A stretch of DNA of 63,153 nt, counting the filler, from Deltaproteobacteria bacterium (GTDB lineage Bacteria; JAEEML01): the NCBI GenBank assembly GCA_016283195.1. It is 3 parts of 3 records of this genome, joined end to end, with 100 filler letters (N's around TTAATTAATTAA, not from the genome) between each part and the next. Parts side by side here need not be neighbours in the genome. Positions count along the whole stretch, not along the records: positions 31,751 to 58,131 come from JAEEML010000051.1; 2 more parts are not named here. One strand, written 5' to 3'. Under the pieces are notes generated by a model. The model was given only the letters and a program-made list of their open reading frames with translations, had not been told where the DNA came from and searched no databases. A program made the translations under genes and the position numbers. Below, piece by piece: positions 46,575-55,998 of the stretch. Position 1 is the stretch's first letter; each line of letters begins with the position of its first letter.

Positions 46575-47945
46575 ATGGAACTACAGCTATTTAACTTCGA
46601 GGAACATCAGCGCCTTGAAGGTGCCGTTCAAATCGAGGCGTTCAAAAGTCTTTTGGATGCCGGTCATGTTTTGTGTCCTGCCGTTTCGAATTATAAATCT
46701 ATTAAGGACGTAGAACATCTCGGTGTTTTCAATGATGGAGGTATTCCCAAAGCCCATTACTATATTGGAGCCTCTTGGTTCATAAAAGACAAGTGTGCCT
46801 TTGTCGTAAAGCCCAAAGTGGATGTTGATTACATCAAGCTGTTCATGACGGCATTGGAGTTGAATTCCGAAAATGAGGCTGCATATTTCTCCAATTACTA
46901 CTACATTGATTTTGAAAAGCCCGCGATAAAGACGAACGCCTTGAATAATGTAATCACGCCGCTGCTTATTTTGCATTACTTATCTCTGCTTAAGCATCTT
47001 GTTTCAAGGGGACTCAAGAAGGGCTATGTTGTTCGGGAAGAAAACTTGCAGTCCAAAATCCGTGGGCGAATCCTGTTGCAAAGGCATTTGACGAAAAATG
47101 TTTTCGCCAAAAGGGAGGATCGTGTTTTTTGCCGATTCCAGGAATTCACGGAGGATATTCCGGAGAACAGGATCCTCAAAAAGGCATTGTCTTTCTCTGT
47201 TCGTTTCATAAATCAGTATGAAAGCTTCAAAAGTCATCTGCAAGAATTGACTCCGCAGTTGGCGATGATTGGTTCCGCTTTCGAGAATGTTTCCGAAGAT
47301 GTGACGATTGCCCAAGTCGCTAAGGTCAACGCCGGCAAGATATTCCGCCATTACGAAGCCGCCATCAAGGTTGCCAAACTGATTCTGCGCCATTTTGATT
47401 ATTCCATTGACAATGCTTCGGAAACTGCACAGGGTGTGCGACCCTTCTGCATCGACATGCCCCGCCTCTATGAGATGTATGTGCTGAGTTTGCTACGCAA
47501 GGCATACCCCGGGCAGATTAGTTTTCAAGTAAAGGGAACGCACAAAACGCAGGTCGATTACATCAATGTTAATGAACAGATTATTCTTGATGCGAAGTAT
47601 AAACCGCGCTATCAAAAAGGTGATATAGGCATAACTGAAGATGTAAGAGAAATTAGCGGTTATGCAAGGGATAAAAAAATCCATAAGGCTTTAAAATGGA
47701 ATGCGAACATCACTGACAAGAATGGCAAATTATTGCCAGATTGCGTGATTGTTTACCCTGTTGTACAAGTAGAAGAAAACGACAATGGGGAATTGCCGGA
47801 TGTTGTTCCAGAAAATAACTGTTCCTGCAAATATGAATTTGACGAAAATAAGTCTATTGTTAGCCAGTGCGATGAAATAAAGGCTTTCGAAGGCTTTTAC
47901 AAAATCGCTGTTCCGCTACCCACAACGGATTCGGCGGCAAATTAA
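46575..47945 (+). CDS. mcrC: McrC-family nuclease subunit
   Basis: Directly after mcrB; DIPENRILK, IDMPRLYEMYV, VD...ILDAKYK. Confidence 0.9.
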   Translation: MELQLFNFEEHQRLEGAVQIEAFKSLLDAGHVLCPAVSNYKSIKDVEHLGVFNDGGIPKAHYYIGASWFIKDKCAFVVKPKVDVDYIKLFMTALELNSENEAAYFSNYYYIDFEKPAIKTNALNNVITPLLILHYLSLLKHLVSRGLKKGYVVREENLQSKIRGRILLQRHLTKNVFAKREDRVFCRFQEFTEDIPENRILKKALSFSVRFINQYESFKSHLQELTPQLAMIGSAFENVSEDVTIAQVAKVNAGKIFRHYEAAIKVAKLILRHFDYSIDNASETAQGVRPFCIDMPRLYEMYVLSLLRKAYPGQISFQVKGTHKTQVDYINVNEQIILDAKYKPRYQKGDIGITEDVREISGYARDKKIHKALKWNANITDKNGKLLPDCVIVYPVVQVEENDNGELPDVVPENNCSCKYEFDENKSIVSQCDEIKAFEGFYKIAVPLPTTDSAAN

Positions 47946-48132
47946 TAATTACTTTATGAGCCGTACCCGCTAAAGCGCCGCATTTGCCCAAACTTTTCCC
48001 TCGCCAGACTTTCGTCCATCGGTTATAATGTGCAACCGGCTTTATCGGAAAAGCGCTGTTGTTACCGAAAGCCACAAACCGGGAAATGAGATTTAGAGGC
48101 AATTAGTCGATTTTAGCTTGGGAAAATGGGTT

Positions 48133-49152
48133 ATGAAGAATAATTCGCTATATGTTAAAGATTTGGATTCCCTCGAACAACAGATAATAAGTCTGCTGGA
48201 GAATTCTCGTCAGCAGATTGTCTCCAATATAAATACTACGATGGTGCAAACTTATTTCACAATAGGAAAGTACATTGTGGAATATGAGCAAAATGGAAAC
48301 GATCGTGCTCAATATGGAAAAGCGGTGTTAAAAAATCTGTCGGTGCGGCTTACCAAGAAAATGGGTAAAGGATATTCGGAAGATAATTTGGCAAATATGC
48401 GCAAATTTTATTTGTGCTATAAGATTTCCGAAACAGTGTCTCGGAAATTTACACTAAGCTGGTCGCATTATCTGAAGCTCATACGCATAGATAACCTGGA
48501 AGAACGCAATTTCTATGAAATTGAAGCAGCCCAGAATAATTGGAGTGTTCGCGAACTTGAGCGGCAATTTGATACTTCACTTTATGAGAGACTGGCACTA
48601 AGCAAAAACAAGCAGAATATAAAGGAACTGGCGTTACAAGGTCAGATTATCGAGAAACCGGAGGATATGATAAAAGACCCATATATTTTGGAATTTACTG
48701 GTCTTCCAGAGTTGCCGGAATATTCGGAATCAGAATTGGAACAAAGGCTCATTGATAACTTGCAAAAATTTCTTCTCGAACTTGGCAAAGGCTTTACTTT
48801 TGTTGGGCGACAGGTTCGACTTACATTTGAGGAAGAACACTATTATGTTGATTTAGTTTTTTACAACCGTTTGCTTCGAGCCTTTGTGCTGATAGATCTT
48901 AAAAGAGGGAAATTAAAGCATCAGGACTTGGGTCAAATGCAAATGTATGTAAATTATTATGATCGTTTTGTAAAACTTGATGACGAAAATCCGACAGTTG
49001 GTATTCTGTTGTGCGCCGATAAAAACGATTCTGTGGTAGAAATCACGCTTCCAAGGGAGAATAACCAAATTTTTGCTAGCAAATACCAAACGATTCTTCC
49101 AAGTAAGGAGTTGCTAAAGGAATTGCTACAACAAAAAATAGATATAAGGTAA
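48133..49152 (+). CDS. DUF1016 / YhcG-like PD-(D/E)XK nuclease
   Basis: LSWSHY, WSVRELERQ, KDPYILEF, FLLELGKGF, DLGQMQMYVNYY. Confidence 0.92.
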   Translation: MKNNSLYVKDLDSLEQQIISLLENSRQQIVSNINTTMVQTYFTIGKYIVEYEQNGNDRAQYGKAVLKNLSVRLTKKMGKGYSEDNLANMRKFYLCYKISETVSRKFTLSWSHYLKLIRIDNLEERNFYEIEAAQNNWSVRELERQFDTSLYERLALSKNKQNIKELALQGQIIEKPEDMIKDPYILEFTGLPELPEYSESELEQRLIDNLQKFLLELGKGFTFVGRQVRLTFEEEHYYVDLVFYNRLLRAFVLIDLKRGKLKHQDLGQMQMYVNYYDRFVKLDDENPTVGILLCADKNDSVVEITLPRENNQIFASKYQTILPSKELLKELLQQKIDIR

Positions 49153-49279
49153 TTTTATAGTGCTGAACAGCAAAGATATTACAATACAATTTAGAGTTTG
49201 AAACCGCCCCTGCTAAATGCCTTTTGCCCCACTGGCGCCAGCGGGAATTTTTTGCCTATTATTCTTTGTTTCTACCGAA

Positions 49280-50539
49280 TTATAATAACAGGGGCACCCA
49301 AATATATTTAACACTGGCGGGAATAGTTATATCGTTTAGCGCTATGCAACCATCAAAAGCACTGCTTTCAATTTTTTTAATCGTACTTGGAATATTTATA
49401 CTACTTAATGAAGTGCAATGGTAAAAAGCGCGATGCATAATGTCTGTAAGGCCTTCGGGAATATCTATGAAGGTGAGAGCTTCACAGTACTCAAAAGCTC
49501 TGGTCTCAATTCTTTTTACACTACTCGGAATGGTAACTGTGCGAAGTGTTTTGCACCAAAAAAAGAGGGCTCTCCCAATTTCTTCAACCGCACTACCAAT
49601 ATTTATAGAACGAAGAGCTAAACAGCGCGCAAAAGCGCCATCGCCAATTTTAGTAACATTTTCTGAAATCTTTACATCGGTAAGGAAATTACAATCACTA
49701 AAAGCAGCCTTCCCGATTTCCATAAGGCCCTGAGGCAAGTTTATAGAAGTGATGGTACAGCACTCAAAAGCGCCATCGCCAATTTCGGTAACGCTATCCG
49801 GAATAGTGACCTCTTTTTTGCCTTCCGGGCACTTAATAAGCTTTTTAAGATCTTTATTATAGAGTACGCCATCTTGTGAGCTAAAAGCGTGATTTTCCGG
49901 CGCCACATTTATAGCAGTGAGCGAGGTGCAGCCTCTAAAAGCGTCATCACTGATTTCTATAATATTTTCCGGAATACTTATATTGGTTAGTGCTTTGTTT
50001 TCCAGAAAAGCATAACGGGCAATTGCTTTAACGCTATCCGGGATAGTAATACTCTTTCTAGCTCTTGGGCAGGCAATAAGTATCTCGCCGTTTTTAGTGT
50101 AAAGCACGCCATCTATTGAGGTAAATGTGCTATTTCGCGGCGTTACACCTATTGTTTCGAGGTTTTCAACGCGCCATACAACATCTTTAAAACTCCCAAA
50201 CCTATCACAATTATCTGGAAGAATTATACCGCAGAGATGCTTGTTGATACAACAGAACATCCAATTTTTGTCGATAATGGCTTCAGACAGATCGAGCACC
50301 ACCTTATGCGGGGTCTCTATATAGTACTTATAAGGCCAGTAAGTGGGGGCATGTATGGAGTGGCATGAGGGGTCATGTAAACCGACAATTTCCAGCGTAT
50401 CAATGTCTATTGGGCCTACTACCTTAATTATGCTATCTTCCTCCATCGTTAGCAGAGCTTCTTTTAGCTCTGGTGGCCCGCTGACGGTTATTACCGGCCA
50501 GTTGTTCTTTGCTGTGATTTTTGTCTTCCTTTTGGCCAT
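49280..50539 (-). CDS. BspA-type leucine-rich repeat protein, no signal peptide
   Basis: IPDSVTEIGDGAFECC repeats, F.S.DGVLY.K modules; GAGG RBS before ATG 50539. Confidence 0.9.
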   Translation of the reverse strand: MAKRKTKITAKNNWPVITVSGPPELKEALLTMEEDSIIKVVGPIDIDTLEIVGLHDPSCHSIHAPTYWPYKYYIETPHKVVLDLSEAIIDKNWMFCCINKHLCGIILPDNCDRFGSFKDVVWRVENLETIGVTPRNSTFTSIDGVLYTKNGEILIACPRARKSITIPDSVKAIARYAFLENKALTNISIPENIIEISDDAFRGCTSLTAINVAPENHAFSSQDGVLYNKDLKKLIKCPEGKKEVTIPDSVTEIGDGAFECCTITSINLPQGLMEIGKAAFSDCNFLTDVKISENVTKIGDGAFARCLALRSINIGSAVEEIGRALFFWCKTLRTVTIPSSVKRIETRAFEYCEALTFIDIPEGLTDIMHRAFYHCTSLSSINIPSTIKKIESSAFDGCIALNDITIPASVKYIWVPLLL

Positions 50540-50618
50540 GTTGCTACCTCTATTCTTTCTGCTGTCTGGCGTGTTTTGGTACCCTTGGGCGCGCTGCCTT
50601 ATGCTGCCAGCAGGAGAG

Positions 50619-50651
50619 ATTATAAAGCGGTGCACTATCAGATTGCGATAG
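50619..50651 (-). promoter_or_regulatory. Putative WYL box 4 + -10 (minus strand CTATC-GCAATCT-GATAG, N10, TATAAT)
   Basis: Perfect TATAAT 10 nt from the motif, upstream of the LRR gene. Confidence 0.8.
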
Positions 50652-50691
50652 TGTGAGAAAATTTTTACTTTTTGCACTTTTTTGTATGACA

Positions 50692-50724
50692 CTATCGTAT
50701 TTTGATAGTCCGGCCTTGTATCAT
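50692..50724 (+). promoter_or_regulatory. Putative WYL box 5 + -10 (CTATC-GTATTTT-GATAG, N10, TATCAT)
   Basis: Back-to-back with box 4; no sizeable ORF downstream. Confidence 0.75.
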
Positions 50725-50806
50725 CAATCCAAGATTGGGCGCCCCAGGTGGGCGCGATGGGAGTGAAAAGCCCCGGTTAGTCCTGCTGCCATTCAGTAAG
50801 TGTACC

Positions 50807-50965
50807 TTAAAAAGTTCTATCCTCCAAAAGCCACTTCCAGGCCGGAATTATTTCAATTTGGGAGCCATTTTTTAAATCTACGCTGCCTTCTTCATCAAAG
50901 GTGACTATAACCATCCGTTTTAGCGGTTTAAAGGCATGGAGTTTTTTTAACGCTCCGGTTTCTCG
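50807..50965 (-). pseudogene. 3' remnant of an AAA/DUF4143-type ATP-binding protein gene
   Basis: RETGAL...VIVTFDEE...IEIIPAWKWLL resembles that family's C-terminus; no credible 5' part. Confidence 0.6.
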
Positions 50966-51063
50966 CTTTTTGTCCAGTGTTGGCGAACAGAATTGCTGCT
51001 TTTTGTCCAGCACTAATGGACAGATTCGAAAGGTGAACACCTTTTTTACTTTTTTGTATGACA

Positions 51064-51096
51064 GTATCGTATTTTGACAGCCTCGGTCCACATCAT
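51064..51096 (+). promoter_or_regulatory. Degenerate WYL box 6 (GTATC-GTATTTT-GACAG, N10, CATCAT)
   Basis: Part of a ~33-nt duplication of 50676-50708. Confidence 0.55.
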
Positions 51097-51099
51097 CGT

Positions 51100-52698
51100 C
51101 TAAAGAAGCGCCCTACTCTGCCGCCGCACCACCTGGCACCCCTCATCAAAAGCATCCTCCGCCACTTGGGTATTGGCCGGTATGATTACCTTTTTCAGCT
51201 TTTTGCAGCCGCTAAAAGCTCCCTCATCAATAACATTTACATTTTGGGGAATTTTAATATGCTCTAGTTTCGCGCAGCAATTAAAGGCCAAATCGCCGAT
51301 AAAAGTTAGCGATTTAGGCAGTTTTACTCTTTTTAACTTGGGGCACCATTCAAAAGTGCTGTAGGCGATGGCGCTAATACCCTCCGGAATTTCGATTTTT
51401 TCCAGCGACTTTGCTCCCATAAAAGCTTGTGCCCCGAGAAAGGCCAGTTCTTTGGGCAAAGTAATCTTTTTTAAAGAAAAGCAGCACCAAAAGGCAGCCG
51501 CGCCGATATGAGTGACGCTGGGCGGAATTTCCAGTGTTTCCAGCTTCATGCAGCGCCAAAAAGCGGCGTCTTCTATAGTAGTTAGCCCAGCTGGCAGTTT
51601 GATATATTTTAGTTTTTTGCAACTAGAAAAGGCATTTTCGCCTATAGTGGTTACGCTAGGTAAAATATTGGCTTCCTCTTTAGTCCTCAGGCAGCGGATA
51701 AGCCTTTTTCCGTCTTTGCTGTAAAGAATGCCATCAATGGCCGTAAAGTTAGGGTTATCTTCTGCTACTATCAATGATTTCAGCTTGTTACAGTACATAA
51801 AAGCTTCTTCACCCAAAGCTGTCACCTCTTTGGAGAGGGTGATTTTTTTCTTGGCCGCTGGACAAAGGATGAGCTTTTTTCCATCTTTTGTGTAAATAAG
51901 GCCCTCTTTAGAGCAAAAGTGCTGATTATTTGGCGCAGCTACCAGCTCTTGCAAACTGTTATCGCCGAACCAGTCGCCACCGCTGATTTTACGCAGCTTT
52001 TCCGGCAGCAAAAGGCGGCGCAGTTTAGGACACCGACAAAATGCTCCAAGATTTAACTCCTCAATATTATTTGATAAAGTAACGCTTTTGAGATTCTGAC
52101 ACCCGCCAAAGGCATTATTGCCAACCCAGGTTACACTAGGTGGCAAAACAATTTCGCTGAGGCCGGTACATTCGCCGAAAGCGCCGGACACTATTTTTGT
52201 TACTCCATCGGGAATGGTGATTTCTTTTAACTTACTGCAACCATTAAAGGCGAGATTGCCAATTTCCTTAACACCTTGGGGAATTTGTACTTGGCTTTTC
52301 CCTTTGGGGCAACGCAATAGCTTTTTCTCATCTTTACTGTAAAGGATGCCGTCCTTGGAGCTAAAAGCCTGATTATTATGGGTGACATTAATCTCTCTAA
52401 GTTGCGGCAGGTCTATAAATAATGCGTGGCTCATTATGCCTCTATGAGCAGCAGGCAGAATATCGGGCAGGGTCAGCGCTATGATATTAGCGCCCTTTAA
52501 TTCCCAGAGGTTAAAATCATCGCCGAGAACGCTGGCAGCGGAAAAGTCCAAAGATACCAAGTATTTTGTTCCAGCCAGAGCGGCGGAAATTTGGGCTAAG
52601 ACCTCATTATTAAGGGCACCGCTAAAAATGATGGTGCTATCCTGAGTGAGTTCAGTGAGGTTTTTCGCTATGCTCTCTTCGGTGGCGTGGATAACCAT
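51100..52698 (-). CDS. BspA-type leucine-rich repeat protein, no signal peptide
   Basis: IPDGVTKIVSGAFGEC repeats, DGILYSKD modules, GGAGG RBS. Confidence 0.92.
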   Translation of the reverse strand: MVIHATEESIAKNLTELTQDSTIIFSGALNNEVLAQISAALAGTKYLVSLDFSAASVLGDDFNLWELKGANIIALTLPDILPAAHRGIMSHALFIDLPQLREINVTHNNQAFSSKDGILYSKDEKKLLRCPKGKSQVQIPQGVKEIGNLAFNGCSKLKEITIPDGVTKIVSGAFGECTGLSEIVLPPSVTWVGNNAFGGCQNLKSVTLSNNIEELNLGAFCRCPKLRRLLLPEKLRKISGGDWFGDNSLQELVAAPNNQHFCSKEGLIYTKDGKKLILCPAAKKKITLSKEVTALGEEAFMYCNKLKSLIVAEDNPNFTAIDGILYSKDGKRLIRCLRTKEEANILPSVTTIGENAFSSCKKLKYIKLPAGLTTIEDAAFWRCMKLETLEIPPSVTHIGAAAFWCCFSLKKITLPKELAFLGAQAFMGAKSLEKIEIPEGISAIAYSTFEWCPKLKRVKLPKSLTFIGDLAFNCCAKLEHIKIPQNVNVIDEGAFSGCKKLKKVIIPANTQVAEDAFDEGCQVVRRQSRALL

Positions 52699-52740
52699 TT
52701 TTTCCTCCGCGGCGCGCTGGTATTTTAAGCGCCTGGAGAG

Positions 52741-52773
52741 ATTATAAAGTGGCGCACTATCAGATCACGATAG
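52741..52773 (-). promoter_or_regulatory. Putative WYL box 7 + -10 (minus strand CTATC-GTGATCT-GATAG, N10, TATAAT)
   Basis: Perfect TATAAT 10 nt from the motif, upstream of the second LRR gene. Confidence 0.8.
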
Positions 52774-52907
52774 TGGGGAGCGAAAAAACACTTTGGGCGG
52801 GGCTCTTTACCTTAAAGGCTTTGGCAGAGCGCGGGCAGCTGTGCTATACTGCGCTACCGCGTAGCGCGGGAATGGGGTAAAAAGAATAGTGAGAACGGAA
52901 AAGAAAC

Positions 52908-53786
52908 ATGAGCTCTGGTAAAATGTCGATTCGTTTCTATAAAGACCGCGAGGTGCGTGCCGTATGGGACGAACAAAACGACAAATGGTGGTTTTCGGCT
53001 ATTGATATAATCAAAGCCATAACAGGCGAAAATGATTATATAAAAGCCGGCAATTACTGGCGTTGGCTCAAGAAAAAGCTGATTGCTAGCAACATTCAAC
53101 TCGTGAGTGTCACTCACGACTTCAAATTCCAGGCTCCTGATGGCAAAAAACGGGCCGCCGATGCCCTTGATAATAACTGTGTGCAACTTTTAACTAGGAA
53201 TTTTCCTAATAACAAGGCGATAGAATTTCTTGAGTGGTTTAATTACAGCGAAAATTCTCTCGATGGCCAAAGCAAGAAAAAGGCCTATACCTTTTGGCAG
53301 AGCAATATAGTAACCCTCGAAGATATTAGGACAACAAAAGCACTAAAGCAGATTCATGCTTATATTTTCGGCGGGCTATATGACTTCGCAGGAAAGATAC
53401 GTACCAAGACCATTAGTAAAGGTGGGTTTACGTTTTGTGTGGCGGAGTATTTAGATAGTGCTTTAAAATCAATAGAAAAAATGCCTGAAAATACTTTTGA
53501 GGAAATAATTGATAAATATGTGGAAATGAATGTAGCCCATCCATTTATGGAAGGCAATGGCCGTAGCACGCGAATTTGGCTTGATTTAATATTAAAAAAG
53601 CGGCTTGGCAAATGTGTGGATTGGAGCCAAATAGGCAAAAAAGAGTATCTAAGCGCCATGGTGGAAAGTCATATTAATTTTGCGCAAATAAAAGAAATAT
53701 TAAAAAGAGCTCTTACCGATAAAATAGATGATCGCGAATTATTTATGAAAGGCATTGATTATTCTTATTATTATGAGGAAGATTGA
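52908..53786 (+). CDS. BRO-N-like + Fic domain protein (AMPylase)
   Basis: EVRAVWD...WWFSAIDII N-terminus; HPFMEGNGRSTR Fic motif. Confidence 0.92.
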   Translation: MSSGKMSIRFYKDREVRAVWDEQNDKWWFSAIDIIKAITGENDYIKAGNYWRWLKKKLIASNIQLVSVTHDFKFQAPDGKKRAADALDNNCVQLLTRNFPNNKAIEFLEWFNYSENSLDGQSKKKAYTFWQSNIVTLEDIRTTKALKQIHAYIFGGLYDFAGKIRTKTISKGGFTFCVAEYLDSALKSIEKMPENTFEEIIDKYVEMNVAHPFMEGNGRSTRIWLDLILKKRLGKCVDWSQIGKKEYLSAMVESHINFAQIKEILKRALTDKIDDRELFMKGIDYSYYYEED

Positions 53787-53940
53787 GAATCTCGCCGCTG
53801 CGTGAGGCAGAGAAGGTGGAGAATAGAGGATGGGGTGAAAGTTAAAGCCTGAATAGCGCCGGAGGTGGCATAGCTACGCAGGCTGGAGATATATAACAAC
53901 GAGTCGCTAGTGCGCTCAATAAAGAACAGGAGAGAAAACC

Positions 53941-54282
53941 ATGCCCATGATTGAAGCCAAAGTAACTATGAAACTGGCGGAAGAAAAAAGAGATTTGCTG
54001 AAAAGCGAGTTTGGTGAGGCCATCGGCCTCATGGGTAAGCCGGAGTCTTATCTCATGATAAACCTGGCTGATGAGCAGGATTTATACTTTGCCGGCAAGA
54101 AGCTTGATAAAGGGGCCTATGTGGAAGTGAAAGTCCTGGGCCATGTGGAGGCGAGCGCCAGCAGCAAAATGACGAGCAAAGTATGCGAAATCATGCAGAA
54201 AGAGCTCGGTATCCCCGGTAATGCCGTTTATGTGTCTTATTGGGAGACGCCCAATTGGGGTTGGAACGGGCACAATTTTTAA
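53941..54282 (+). CDS. MIF / phenylpyruvate tautomerase-like protein
   Basis: N-terminal Pro (MPMI), GKPESYLM, C-terminal WGWNGHNF. Confidence 0.88.
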   Translation: MPMIEAKVTMKLAEEKRDLLKSEFGEAIGLMGKPESYLMINLADEQDLYFAGKKLDKGAYVEVKVLGHVEASASSKMTSKVCEIMQKELGIPGNAVYVSYWETPNWGWNGHNF

Positions 54283-54313
54283 AATAAGTAGCCGCTAAAA
54301 TTTTTTCAGCACA

Positions 54314-54346
54314 CTATCGTAATTTGATAGTGCCAGGTTTTATATT
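54314..54346 (+). promoter_or_regulatory. Putative WYL box 8 + -10 (CTATC-GTAATTT-GATAG, N10, TATATT)
   Basis: Motif copy upstream of metallophosphoesterase. Confidence 0.8.
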
Positions 54347-54414
54347 ACCCGCCGGGAGGCGCTCGGAAAAGCTGGCCAGCACCAAAATATACACATTCCT
54401 GCGAGGTGCTCTTT

Positions 54415-55167
54415 ATGATTTACATAACCGGCGATACGCATAACAGCGAGGATATGTCTAACCTTTCTAAAGCCAATATGGAGGTCTGCTGCTTGGAACA
54501 AAAGGCAGATTACGGCGCTATTACGATGGCAATTGTGCTGGGCGATTTTGGCCTGCCATGGCACACGGCTTTTGTGGCCCGGGACGGCATTCATCCAACT
54601 AGTAGCACAGATAAAAAACTGCTGGCCTGGTACAACAAGAAGCCCTTTAAAGTTTTGGCCCTGATGGGTAACCACGACAACTACGATATGCTCAAAAAGC
54701 TGCCGCCGGTGGCAATGTTTGGTAGCACGGTTTTAAAGGTGAGCGAGAATGTTTTTTACCTGAAACGCGGCGAAGTTTATACTATTGAAGAAAAGCGCTT
54801 TTTAGTGCTCGGCGGGGCTTTAAGTGTTGATAAAATATATAGAATTTCCCATGAATCCTGGTGGGAGGAAGAGGCCTGGAACGCTACTGAAAAGGAGGCA
54901 CTCCTAGCTAAAATAGCGGCGGGCGAGCGCACATTTGATTATGTGCTCTCGCATAATGGGCCAACTGCCGGCATTGCCTCGGTGGAAGAATATGTTAAAA
55001 ATGGCGGGGAAGTGATGAAAGATCCGGTGGTGGTTTTTAATGATCAAATAGATTCTATGATTACATATAAAAAATGGTTCTTTGGCCACTGGCACAGTGA
55101 CTCGGGGTATAAAAATTTAAAAGAGAATAAGTACATAGCGCTTTACCATGAGGGGGTGGTGGTCTAA
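54415..55167 (+). CDS. Calcineurin-like metallophosphoesterase
   Basis: GDTH, LGDFG, GNHDNY, LSH, GHWH. Confidence 0.92.
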   Translation: MIYITGDTHNSEDMSNLSKANMEVCCLEQKADYGAITMAIVLGDFGLPWHTAFVARDGIHPTSSTDKKLLAWYNKKPFKVLALMGNHDNYDMLKKLPPVAMFGSTVLKVSENVFYLKRGEVYTIEEKRFLVLGGALSVDKIYRISHESWWEEEAWNATEKEALLAKIAAGERTFDYVLSHNGPTAGIASVEEYVKNGGEVMKDPVVVFNDQIDSMITYKKWFFGHWHSDSGYKNLKENKYIALYHEGVVV

Positions 55168-55218
55168 AGTTTTTTAAATTTTTCAGCACCGCGATTTTTT
55201 CTGATTTTTTCCTCGGCA

Positions 55219-55251
55219 CTATCGTATTTTGATAGCCTACCACTTTATAAC
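55219..55251 (+). promoter_or_regulatory. Putative WYL box 9 + -10 (CTATC-GTATTTT-GATAG, N10, TATAAC)
   Basis: Motif copy upstream of 191-aa hypothetical gene. Confidence 0.8.
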
Positions 55252-55293
55252 AACAGCAGTGGGCAAAACGCCCCAAAAAAGTGGGAGGCTTCT

Positions 55294-55869
55294 ATGCATG
55301 CTAAAAAGAAGATCAAAGAAGCGCTGGAAGAACGCTATATTAGACTAAACCAGAATTTCCAATGGTCTCCGGAAAATATAGAAAAAATCATCGCTCTTAA
55401 TAATGAACTTTTAGAACGTTACCGCGAAGCTTATAACGAACTTCGGCGCTTTAAAAATGAATTTAATGCGCGCTACTTGGCAGGCGACCAAAATTATCGG
55501 GATTATACGCTGGAAGTAGAATTTTGGTACCCATTACCACCCGCTTTAAGTGGTGATGAAGAACAACTTTGGGAGAATCTTGGTGAAACAAGCACTTGTT
55601 GGGGCACCTCTCTTTTGACATTTAGCCATTATGGAGATGAGGGAAGCTCAGATATTCCTCCGTTTGAAGAGGTGATGTCGATAGATGAAACGTCCTGGAA
55701 TGATTACCCTTTTAATAACAAAGCTCTTGACGGCACTTATATTTATTATTTCATGCATGAGATTTTTGGTAACAATGAAACCTACTCACTGGCAGATGCC
55801 GTGCAGATGAAAGCGGAAAATTTTGCCTGGCAACTGATTATCAAACTGGAGCATTGGGGGAATGGATAA
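55294..55869 (+). CDS. Hypothetical acidic protein
   Basis: GGAGG RBS, 191-aa ORF. Confidence 0.78.
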   Translation: MHAKKKIKEALEERYIRLNQNFQWSPENIEKIIALNNELLERYREAYNELRRFKNEFNARYLAGDQNYRDYTLEVEFWYPLPPALSGDEEQLWENLGETSTCWGTSLLTFSHYGDEGSSDIPPFEEVMSIDETSWNDYPFNNKALDGTYIYYFMHEIFGNNETYSLADAVQMKAENFAWQLIIKLEHWGNG

Positions 55870-55998
55870 GGGTAATTAAGGAAAAACAGCTTGCTGCTGG
55901 TGAGAAAAGATCGGATATTGCGCTGAGAAGTGCGGAGTATGGGAAATAGCCTAATACTTTGTAAACTTTAGTTAAAAAATATCTTTTGAGGCAACATC

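Noticed and set aside
50540-50692. N-terminal extension of the LRR ORF to 50692 and the 94-aa ORF starting at 51091
   Set aside because: These extensions run through the promoter boxes; the RBS supports ATG 50539, and the other ORF is a remnant plus non-coding DNA.
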